From Candidatus Giovannonibacteria bacterium (GTDB taxonomy: Bacteria > Patescibacteriota > Minisyncoccia > JACPKW01 > UBA11713): a stretch of 64,000 bases of DNA. The DNA lies in contig JACOXM010000001.1 of assembly GCA_016176285.1 (NCBI GenBank), positions 5,812-69,811 on the forward strand, given 5' to 3'. Shown here in pieces: positions 13,836 to 20,990 of this stretch. Position numbers and translations under genes: made by a program. Position 1 is the first letter of the stretch. Each line of letters opens with the position of its first letter. The notes under the pieces were generated by a model. It was not told the DNA's origin. It saw nothing but the letters and a program-made list of their open reading frames with translations, and searched no databases.

Positions 13836-15283
13836 TTGATTTTTCCAATTTAACAATTAAAAAAACTAAAGAGCTCTACCAAAGTGGGGAGCTTTCCGCG
13901 CGCGAATTAGTCTCGCATTACCAGGATGAAATTAAAAAGAAAAATCCGGAATTGAATATTTATAGAGAAACTTTTGACAATGCGTTTGAAGATGCAGAGA
14001 AAATAGATTTAAAAATAAAACACGGAGATACGCCTAGAGCGCTTGAAGGAATTCCGTTCGCCATAAAAGACAATATTTTAATAAAGGGAAAACCTGCGGG
14101 CGCATCTTCAAAGATTCTTGAAGGATATACGGCGAGTTATGACTCTACTGTAATAAAAAAAATGAGGGAAGAAGGAGCGATTTTTCTGGGACGGACGAAT
14201 ATGGATGAATTTGCAATGGGTTCTTCAACCGAAAACTCCGCGTATGGTGTTACGAAAAATCCTCACGATACAACAAGGGTTCCGGGCGGATCTTCCGGCG
14301 GCTCGGCTGCGGCTGTCGCGGCGGATTTAGCGCTCGCGTCGCTTGGTTCGGATACGGGGGGATCTATAAGGCAGCCCGCTGCATTTTGCGGAGTTGTCGG
14401 CTTAAAGCCGACCTACGGATCCGTAAGTCGTTCTGGTTTAATCGCAATGGCTTCTTCGCTTGATCAGATAGGCCCTTTGACGCCAACCGTAGAGGACGCA
14501 GAAATAATTTTTGATGTGATTAAAGGCAAAGACGAACTAGATTCGACCAACTTGGAAACCGAGTTTCCAAGCGGAAACTCGGTTTCCTCGGCTGTCTGCA
14601 CAATCGGTGTTCCGAAAGAATATTTTTCCTTGTCCGAAGGGGGAATGGGAGGCCTCGATTCCGATACTGCAAAAAAAATTATGGAGGCGATAGATTTTTT
14701 GAAATCAAAAAATTTTGAAATCAAAGAAGTAAGCCTGCCATCGGTCAAATACGCTCTTTCGGCTTATTACATCATTATGCCCGCCGAAGCTTCATCGAAC
14801 CTGGCGCGTTTCGACGGAATGCGTTACGGTCCGCGCGAAGACGGAAAAAATCTTTTCGAAGTTTATACTAAAACCCGCGAGAATGGATTCGGACTGGAAC
14901 CGCGGCGCAGAATTATTTTAGGCGCATACGTTTTATCGGCAGGGTATTACGATGCTTATTACGGGAGAGCTCAAAAAGTTCGCCAGCTTATTCGTGGCGA
15001 TTTCGAAAATGAATTTAATAATGTTGATTTGATTTTGACTCCGACAACTCCGCATCCCGCATTCAAAATAGGGGAGAAAGCGAATGATCCCTTATCGATG
15101 TATTTGGAAGATGTCTATACGGTTCCTGTCAATTTGGCGGGGGTTCCGGCAATTTCTGTGCCTTTCGGGAGTGTTTCGCGCGAAGGGAAAAATCTGCCTG
15201 TGGGCGTTCAGCTGATAGCTCCATGGTTTAAGGAAAATCGTTTGTTCGAAGTTGGAAAAATTTTGGAGGGCCTTAAGAGTTAG
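13832..15283 (+). CDS. gatA: Glutamyl-tRNA(Gln) amidotransferase subunit A (amidase signature family)
   Basis: Amidase signature GGSSGGSAAAVAA. Ser-cisSer-Lys context. 483 aa. 4-nt overlap with gatC. Confidence 0.9.
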   Translation: MIDFSNLTIKKTKELYQSGELSARELVSHYQDEIKKKNPELNIYRETFDNAFEDAEKIDLKIKHGDTPRALEGIPFAIKDNILIKGKPAGASSKILEGYTASYDSTVIKKMREEGAIFLGRTNMDEFAMGSSTENSAYGVTKNPHDTTRVPGGSSGGSAAAVAADLALASLGSDTGGSIRQPAAFCGVVGLKPTYGSVSRSGLIAMASSLDQIGPLTPTVEDAEIIFDVIKGKDELDSTNLETEFPSGNSVSSAVCTIGVPKEYFSLSEGGMGGLDSDTAKKIMEAIDFLKSKNFEIKEVSLPSVKYALSAYYIIMPAEASSNLARFDGMRYGPREDGKNLFEVYTKTRENGFGLEPRRRIILGAYVLSAGYYDAYYGRAQKVRQLIRGDFENEFNNVDLILTPTTPHPAFKIGEKANDPLSMYLEDVYTVPVNLAGVPAISVPFGSVSREGKNLPVGVQLIAPWFKENRLFEVGKILEGLKS

Positions 15284-15519
15284 GCGTCGTCATATCGGTC
15301 AAAACCGGAATCGTCTTTTACAATTTTGCTCGGTTTTTCGCCGAGAATTTTTTTAAGCAAATCGATTGCGTTTTTCTTCGCTTCTTCCGGAGTTTGGCTC
15401 ATGGATTTTCCGGCTTCATCAAAAGTTTTATTTGTAATGGATTTGCCTTTGTATTCGTGACCGGCGTGGCCGGCACCCATTGGGTTATCCGGCATTTTGC
15501 ATCCGCAGTTGTAACACAT
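15280..15519 (-). CDS. Small hypothetical protein with N-terminal CxxCGC motif
   Basis: 79 aa (MCYNCGCKMPDNP...). Its stop overlaps the gatA stop tail-to-tail (ttag). Confidence 0.4.
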   Translation of the reverse strand: MCYNCGCKMPDNPMGAGHAGHEYKGKSITNKTFDEAGKSMSQTPEEAKKNAIDLLKKILGEKPSKIVKDDSGFDRYDDA

Positions 15520-15627
15520 AAATTATTAAGAAAATTATTTTTATAAAACTGACCTTTTTTTATTGGACGATTCTATTTTAGAATTCTTGCGATATTTCGG
15601 CAAGTTTGCCCGTAGTTTGATTTAAAG

Positions 15628-15652
15628 AGCCCCGCTAGTGATAGCCGGGGCT
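15628..15652. terminator. Hairpin (possible bidirectional terminator)
   Basis: agccccg(15628-15634)/cggggct(15646-15652), 11-nt loop, followed by ttgaaattttt. Confidence 0.4.
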
Positions 15653-15671
15653 TTGAAATTTTTGGCTGGAA

Positions 15672-16242
15672 TTAATCGTTGTTCATTTTATCCATGACGT
15701 ATTTTACGAGAAACGGCCAAACCTGGGTTGCGTCCGCCATAATCTCGACGTAGGTGCCGTTTTTTACCGCCTTGCGCCACGACTCATTCTCGGAGTAGGT
15801 GCATCCCGACAAGTGACCATACCACATTTGATCGGGAGCGATTCGGACTGCCATATCATACCGACGGAACGGATACAGTTCGTAACCCATACGGTCGTTT
15901 ATAATCTCGATCAGCGGCGCGACGTTTTGGGTGTTGTTCCGGGGAACTCCGCCTCCGACGGAAAAGATTCCAAAGCGCGGAGCATCGGTTACTAATTTTA
16001 TAAGTTCCGCGCTGTCTTTTTCCATATCTATTAAAATTGGCTTCCGGCCTTGCCTTTTACGCATTACGTTGATGATATACAGGTTGTTTCCCAACACCGC
16101 CTGCAATATAAAGATTAGTCATAAGGTCTTCGACAGAATGACGTTTACCATCGAGCCATTCATCGAGGACCAGATATAAGACTGGCATCACAAAGCGCGG
16201 GTCAGCAAATACGGCGTTCGGAAAATGCCCGTCTTTTATCTG
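15672..16242 (-). pseudogene. Deoxyhypusine synthase-like gene remnant (N-terminally truncated, frameshifted)
   Basis: ORF 15672-16106 matches the DHS C-terminal half (GGGVPRN ~ GGGVVKHH; SGCTYSENESWRKA ~ SGARPDEAVSWGKI; VWPFLVKYVMDKM). A different frame at 16060-16242 encodes FPNAVFADPRFVMPVLYLVLDEW (~ VPNENYCKFEDWLMPILDQ). A TGA separates the frames near 16119. The ~150 aa Rossmann N-terminal region is absent. Confidence 0.55.
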
Positions 16243-16301
16243 TTACTAATAGAAATTTATATAAAATCAAAATAGCCCGTTAAGGGCCATTTTGTCGCGT
16301 G

Positions 16302-16372
16302 TTGCGGGGGCGGGAATTGCACCCGCGCCTTGAGGTTATGAGCCTCACGAGATACTACTTCTCTACCCCGCG
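16302..16372 (-). tRNA. Initiator-like tRNA(CAU) with atypical D and T loops
   Basis: Cloverleaf by hand. Acceptor CGCGGGG/CCCCGCA plus A73, identical to the E. coli tRNA-fMet acceptor with the C1xA72 mismatch. A11:U24. Anticodon loop CUCAUAA. The D-loop AGTAGTA lacks GG and the T-loop is TGCAATT rather than TTCAAAT. Confidence 0.5.
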
Positions 16373-16376
16373 ATAT
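16349..16376. repeat. Left copy of 26-bp direct repeat (agatactacttctctaccccgcgata); equals the tRNA 5' acceptor/D-arm on the minus strand
   Basis: Exact 26-nt match to the right copy once the 40-bp insert is removed. Confidence 0.7.
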
Positions 16377-16384
16377 TATATTAA

Positions 16385-16624
16385 TTAACCCAGCCGTTTT
16401 TTTAAGTATAACCTGCCGAATCCTGTTTTCAAGATCTTTTCTCTTGATATGGCATTTTCTCGAATTTTACAGGCTTCATAATATACCAGCTCCAGCGGAG
16501 TTCTATTTTTTGTAGCTATAACATTCCCGCTGTTATGTTGCTTAACGCGATTTATTAAATTATCAGTCCATCCGATGTATAGTTTTCCATCTTTCTTACT
16601 TTTGAGAACGTAAGTATAAAACAT
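16385..16624 (-). CDS. Small GIY-YIG nuclease family protein (COG2827-like)
   Basis: 79 aa MFYTYVLKSKKDGKLYIGWTDNLINRVKQHNSG...ELVYYE...REKILK, the classic GIY-x10-YIG / R / E arrangement. Confidence 0.75.
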   Translation of the reverse strand: MFYTYVLKSKKDGKLYIGWTDNLINRVKQHNSGNVIATKNRTPLELVYYEACKIRENAISREKILKTGFGRLYLKKRLG

Positions 16625-16692
16625 AGATACTACTTCCCCGCCTGCAGTCGCTATCGCGACAGCGATTGCGGGCAGGTCTACCCCGCGATAAA
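16624..16692. repeat. Right copy of the 26-bp direct repeat, interrupted by a 40-bp GC-rich hairpin-forming insert (16637-16676)
   Basis: agatactacttc + cccgcctgcagtcgctatcgcgacagcgattgcgggcagg + tctaccccgcgata. The insert contains the cccgc/gcggg, cctgc/gcagg and gtcgc/gcgac inverted pairs. Confidence 0.7.
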
Positions 16693-16807
16693 TTTTATAT
16701 TAGCTGTAATGTATATATATTTCAAGTTCTATTTACGAAGTAAGCTATTTGTATCATAAACGTTGTATAATATAGGGGTGATTGTTATAGGATTAACGTA
16801 AATATAT

Positions 16808-17947
16808 ATGGGAATAATTATTGCGATTATTTTAGCGCTTTCCGTTGGAGCTTCGGCGGGGGCGCAAAACTCACTGCCGGGGGATTTTCTTTATCCGGTA
16901 AAAATAAATGTAAACGAAAAAGTGGAGGGATTGGTTGCAATTGGCGATGAAGCCGATGCGAGATTAGCGATTGATCTTGCAATAAGGCGTCTCGAGGAGG
17001 CGGAGACTTTGGCCACTAATGGAAAATTAAATGCGGATACAAGGGTGAAGGTGGAATCCGGCTTTGAAAACGAAACCGAGAAAGCCGAGAAAAAGATAGA
17101 AAGATTAAAAGCAAAAAATGATATTAACGCGGCTTCGGAGGTAAGCTCCGAATTTGAATCGTCTCTGTCCGCGCACAAAAAAATTCTTCTTGAAATAAAA
17201 AACTCAAGCAATAAAGCCGAAGTGGAAGTCGAATCTCTGCTTGGTAAAATAGAAATAAAAGTTAAATCAGCGTCGGATGGCCGAATTGAGCTGGAAAGTA
17301 AAATAGAAACTTTCTCCGGAGCGGACACAAAATCTGCGGCTGAAGGGAAATTAAAATCGGCGGAAAATAAAATTACCGAGGTGAAGAAATTCATTGAGGG
17401 GGAAAAAGTTTCCCTGGGGGCCGAAGCTCTTGCGGCTGCGGATTCCAGGATAAAAGTTGCGGAAAATACCGTAGTGGAGGGCAGGGCAAAATTAGAAGCG
17501 CAAAAATACGGGGAAGCTTTTATTGATTTTCAAAGAGCGCATCGAATAGCGCGGGAGGCGAAACTTCTCGCCGAAGCAAAAAGCGACCTTAATATAGAGG
17601 TGAAGATTAACGGCGATTTTGATGATGAAGATGACGATGCAGTTAAGAACGAGATCAGATCTAAAATAGAGACTGATACGGGTGAGCTTGATATAAGAGT
17701 TGAAAATGGAAATATAAGATTATCCGGTAAATTAAATCGGGCTAATCCGTGCATTGAATGGAGTGTCGGCAAAACTTTATCTGCCGGAACTTTGACGTTT
17801 GATATAACTAAAAAAAGCACAGCGGATATTTGTGTTCAGGTTCTGGGAAAACCGCAGGAAATTAATATAACAGATAAAGTAGAAAAAAATACGAATGTAA
17901 TCGTAAAGCTCGAGGGGAAAATAGTTTTTTCGGGAAAAGTAAACTGA
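16808..17947 (+). CDS. Secreted coiled-coil protein (DUF5667-like N-terminus)
   Basis: Signal peptide. PGDFLYPVK motif. Long Ala/Glu/Lys-rich coiled-coil region. 379 aa. Confidence 0.5.
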   Translation: MGIIIAIILALSVGASAGAQNSLPGDFLYPVKINVNEKVEGLVAIGDEADARLAIDLAIRRLEEAETLATNGKLNADTRVKVESGFENETEKAEKKIERLKAKNDINAASEVSSEFESSLSAHKKILLEIKNSSNKAEVEVESLLGKIEIKVKSASDGRIELESKIETFSGADTKSAAEGKLKSAENKITEVKKFIEGEKVSLGAEALAAADSRIKVAENTVVEGRAKLEAQKYGEAFIDFQRAHRIAREAKLLAEAKSDLNIEVKINGDFDDEDDDAVKNEIRSKIETDTGELDIRVENGNIRLSGKLNRANPCIEWSVGKTLSAGTLTFDITKKSTADICVQVLGKPQEINITDKVEKNTNVIVKLEGKIVFSGKVN

Positions 17948-17973
17948 TAATTTAGCTTCCATGAAATAAAAAA

Positions 17974-18000
17974 ACACCCGCCTTGGGTGGGTGTTTTTTT
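17974..18000 (+). terminator. Rho-independent terminator
   Basis: acaccc(17974-17979)/gggtgt(17989-17994) stem followed by tttttttt. Confidence 0.6.
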
Positions 18001-18064
18001 ATAGGAAGTTATACTAACTTGTGCACTTTTTCCATACCCGAGATATAGTAAAATATATAGTATC

Positions 18065-18835
18065 GTGGCTAAGTTCGAAAAACGATTAATGGCTTTAAAA
18101 TTAAGAAAGCGAGGATGGAGCATTAAACATATAGCCAGTAATCTTGAGGTTTCAAAAAGTACCGCGAGTATTTGGTGCAGGGATTTAGTTCTTACGTCTA
18201 AACAAAAATCATTGTTGATTAAAAAAGCCATAAAGGCTGGTCATTGCGGCAGAATAAAGGGAGCTAATTTTAATAAAGAAAAAAAGGAAAAAATAATTCA
18301 GTTCTTTAAAGACGAAGGTATAAAAAAGTTAGCAGCAATTTCAGATAGGGAATTTTTAATATCTGGTTTATCGCTGTACTGGGCTGAAGGCAGTAAAAAA
18401 GACAAACTTTCGTTTGTAAATTCTGAACCTGAAATGATTATGTTTATGTATAAATGGTTTTACGAAATTATGGGTGTTAAAAAAGATGAGTTTATGCCAA
18501 GAATATTTATTAATGAAATACATCGTCCGAGGATAAATAAGGTCTTGAGATTTTGGTCAAAATTGCTAAACTTACCCGTAAGTCAATTTGGCAATCCGGT
18601 TTTTCTTGCCCACAAACAAAAAAAAGTATATGAGAACTATAATAACTATTACGGCGTCTTGGCACTAAGGGTTAGAAATAGTAGCAGGTTGAAATATGAA
18701 ATTATTGGTTTGATTGATGCATTAAAAAAAAGTAATATAGCCAAGGTAGCTCAATGGTTAGAGCGGTCGTTTCATAAGCGACAGGTTGTGGGTTCAATTC
18801 CCACCCTTGGCACAAATATTGGGCGCGTGGTGTAG
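18065..18835 (+). CDS. HTH-domain protein with two LAGLIDADG-like motifs (homing-endonuclease-like); ORF runs into tRNA-Met
   Basis: GTG start. N-terminal HTH (RGWSIKHIASNLEVSKSTASIW). Motif 1 ISGLSLYWAEGSKK and motif 2 IIGLIDALKK ~115 aa apart. No stop before the tRNA; the final 31 codons are tRNA sequence (VGSIPT = gttcaattccc). Confidence 0.5.
   Translation: MAKFEKRLMALKLRKRGWSIKHIASNLEVSKSTASIWCRDLVLTSKQKSLLIKKAIKAGHCGRIKGANFNKEKKEKIIQFFKDEGIKKLAAISDREFLISGLSLYWAEGSKKDKLSFVNSEPEMIMFMYKWFYEIMGVKKDEFMPRIFINEIHRPRINKVLRFWSKLLNLPVSQFGNPVFLAHKQKKVYENYNNYYGVLALRVRNSSRLKYEIIGLIDALKKSNIAKVAQWLERSFHKRQVVGSIPTLGTNIGRVV
18740..18812 (+). tRNA. tRNA-Met (anticodon CAU; elongator Met or Ile-lysidine type)
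   Basis: Acceptor GCCAAGG/CCTTGGC. D-loop AATGGTTA. Anticodon loop TTCATAA. T-loop TTCAATT. Discriminator A. Confidence 0.85.
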
Positions 18836-18898
18836 CCCGGTCAACACGTCCCCCTGTCACGGGGAAGATCGCCGGTTCAAATCCGGTCGCGCCCGCCA
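18821..18898 (+). tRNA. tRNA-Asp (anticodon GUC), CCA encoded
   Basis: Acceptor GGGCGCG/CGCGCCC. Anticodon loop CTGTCAC. T-loop TTCAAAT. G73. Terminal CCA at 18896-18898. Confidence 0.85.
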
Positions 18899-18981
18899 AT
18901 ATAAAACTTTCCTGTTTGTGAGATCGGCAATTCAAAAAGGCCCTTTCTAAGAAAGATCGGGCCCATCGTAGTTCACGGTGA

Positions 18982-19356
18982 TTAACCAGCATTAGGGAAG
19001 AGGATTCGCCGCTCCGTGACTCGGCAGCAGTATTTTTTACTTGCGAGCCAGAACGAATCGAAAACTCTCTCTTCGACGGTCACGGGATGTATATCGTAAT
19101 GACATCCCTTTGGAGCATCAACTACGATTAGTCCTTCCCGTGAATCCAACGCCATTTGGCATGGCTTAATATTTTGCAGTACTTTCTCTATTGGTTTTCG
19201 GGTTTCAATCTCTTTTTCCGGCAAAATTCTAGCTTCCAACCACTTGGTTGAAACGAGAACTTTATCGAAAGGTAGTACGAGATCGAGAAAGTCGTTGTAA
19301 AAAAGCGTTACGCCAATTGCCATCACCGCTATAGAGAAAAGAATTTTCTTTTCCAT
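18982..19356 (-). CDS. Hypothetical small exported/membrane-anchored protein
   Basis: 124 aa. N-terminal hydrophobic segment MEKKILFSIAVMAIGVTLF. Four Cys. No family recognised. Confidence 0.4.
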   Translation of the reverse strand: MEKKILFSIAVMAIGVTLFYNDFLDLVLPFDKVLVSTKWLEARILPEKEIETRKPIEKVLQNIKPCQMALDSREGLIVVDAPKGCHYDIHPVTVEERVFDSFWLASKKYCCRVTERRILFPNAG

Positions 19357-19432
19357 GTATCACCTCTTTCTGGTTTTTAAGTTACCATCAATTTTTCCAA
19401 ACCTCTTTCCATTATTTTTGCATTTCTTTAAT

Positions 19433-19461
19433 TTGTCAAGTTATTTTGAGTAAATTACAAT
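19433..19461 (+). promoter_or_regulatory. Sigma70-like promoter for pheS (TTGTCA-17-TACAAT), probably giving a leaderless mRNA
   Basis: -35 at 19433-19438. 17-nt spacer. -10 at 19456-19461. pheS ATG at 19469, 7 nt after the -10. Confidence 0.4.
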
Positions 19462-19468
19462 ACATCTT

Positions 19469-20527
19469 ATGCTTGATCTGGAAAAATTACTCCAAAAAGC
19501 CAAGAATGAGATCAAAGAAGCGGCGGATTTGGCCAAACTTAGGAACCTCGAGATACGTTATCTGGGACGTAATGGGGAGCTAACTCTGTTTTTGCGTTCG
19601 CTTAAGGACTTTGCCATAGAGGAAAGGAAGAAATTAGGGGCGAGCGCCAATAAAATCAGGGATGAGTTGGAATCTTTAATTCGCGAAAAGATTCATACGG
19701 TCGGAAAAAAAGAAATAGAAGAGCGGCTTTCAACTGAAAAAATAGATATAACCGCACCGGGCCGTAGGTTGCCAAAGGGGCATCTTCACCCCGTAACTAT
19801 TTTAAGGCGTGACATTGAAGAAATCTTTCGTGATTTGGGTTTTTCTTCCGTGGGAGGGCCAGAGATAGAACTGGAATGGTATAACTTCGATTCTTTAAAT
19901 ATTCCTAAATATCATCCAGCTCGCGATATGCAGGATACTTTGTGGCTCAAAGAAAAGCCGATTGCCATCAAAAGGGGAGGCGAAAATATTTTATCGCGCC
20001 TTTTGATGCGAACTCAGGTGACATCGATTCAAGTCCGTTTCATGGAAAAAAATAATCCGCCCTTCTCGATAATTATGCCTGGAAATGTTTATCGCAGAGA
20101 GACGCCCGACGCGTCACACGAAATACAATTTACGCAGATGGATGGGATCGTCGTCGGGCCGGATGCTTCGCTTGCAAACATGAAGTGGGTTATGGATGCA
20201 GTTTTGAGAAAAATTTTCGGAAAAAAAGTCGCAACACGTCTTCGTCCGAGTTATTTTCCGTTCACGGAGCCGTCCGTTGAGCTTGATATGGAATGCTTTG
20301 TCTGTGGAGGCAAGGGCTGTTCGGTTTGCAAACGGACCGGCTGGGTTGAAATTTTGCCAGGAGGGATGGTACACCCGAAAGTTTTCGAAGCCGCAGGAAT
20401 GAACCCGAGAGACCATCAGGGCTATGCCTTTGATCTGGGGATAGATCGAATCTGTATGATGAAATATAAAATTCCGGATATTCGCCTTTTCCATTCGCAA
20501 GATTTGCGGTTTATTAATCAATTTTAA
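19469..20527 (+). CDS. pheS: Phenylalanine--tRNA ligase alpha subunit
   Basis: Class II aaRS motifs: FTQMDGIVVG, RPSYFPFTEPS, GMVHPKV. 352 aa. Confidence 0.9.
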   Translation: MLDLEKLLQKAKNEIKEAADLAKLRNLEIRYLGRNGELTLFLRSLKDFAIEERKKLGASANKIRDELESLIREKIHTVGKKEIEERLSTEKIDITAPGRRLPKGHLHPVTILRRDIEEIFRDLGFSSVGGPEIELEWYNFDSLNIPKYHPARDMQDTLWLKEKPIAIKRGGENILSRLLMRTQVTSIQVRFMEKNNPPFSIIMPGNVYRRETPDASHEIQFTQMDGIVVGPDASLANMKWVMDAVLRKIFGKKVATRLRPSYFPFTEPSVELDMECFVCGGKGCSVCKRTGWVEILPGGMVHPKVFEAAGMNPRDHQGYAFDLGIDRICMMKYKIPDIRLFHSQDLRFINQF

Positions 20528-20528
20528 T

Positions 20529-20990
20529 ATGAGGATTGTAATGACTCTTTGTGTTATTCATCAGGAACCGAAAATTTTACTTGGACTTAAAAAACGCGGA
20601 TTTGGAATGGGAAAGTGGAACGGATTCGGAGGAAAGGTTAAAGACGGAGAAGATATTATAGAAGCCGCGAAGAGGGAAGTATTGGAAGAAACGGGCGTTC
20701 CGGTAGAAAATTTGGAGCCGTCCGGAAAATTGGAGTTTAATTTCGAAGGAAATCCGGATACCATAGAGGTTAATCTTTTTCGGGCGATGGATTTTAATGG
20801 AGAGCCGGTCGAAAGTGAAGAAATGCGCCCGCAGTGGTTTGATGTAGGGGGAATACCGTATGACGAAATGTGGCCCGACGACCGGCATTGGTTACCGCTT
20901 TTTTTGAAAGGCAATAAACTTTATGGAAAATTTTTATTCGATAAAAAGGGAAACGAAGTTTTAAAGAAAGAGTTATCCGTATTTACATGA
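20529..20990 (+). CDS. NUDIX hydrolase (MutT-like)
   Basis: Nudix box GKWNGFGGKVKDGEDIIEAAKREVLEETGV. 153 aa. ATGA overlap with pheT. Confidence 0.8.
   Translation: MRIVMTLCVIHQEPKILLGLKKRGFGMGKWNGFGGKVKDGEDIIEAAKREVLEETGVPVENLEPSGKLEFNFEGNPDTIEVNLFRAMDFNGEPVESEEMRPQWFDVGGIPYDEMWPDDRHWLPLFLKGNKLYGKFLFDKKGNEVLKKELSVFT

Noticed and set aside
16243-16301. Possible extra tRNA or N-terminal DHS exon in the 60 nt between the DHS remnant and the tRNA
   Set aside because: Only a short hairpin (ggccc-ttaac-gggc plus a T-run) is present, best read as the tRNA's terminator. No cloverleaf or coding potential is there.
16891-17394. 167 aa minus-strand ORF inside the DUF5667-like gene, and similar antisense ORFs (318-545, 1452-2240, 6377-6865, 22051-22677, 30972-31510, 37133-37552, 39220-39612 etc.)
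   Set aside because: All lie wholly inside longer, well-supported genes on the opposite strand and have low-complexity translations. They are treated as non-coding.
18702-18992. Minus-strand 96 aa ORF covering the tRNA-Met/tRNA-Asp region
   Set aside because: It is entirely antisense to two well-formed tRNA genes, and its translation is the mirror of tRNA sequence, so it is spurious.
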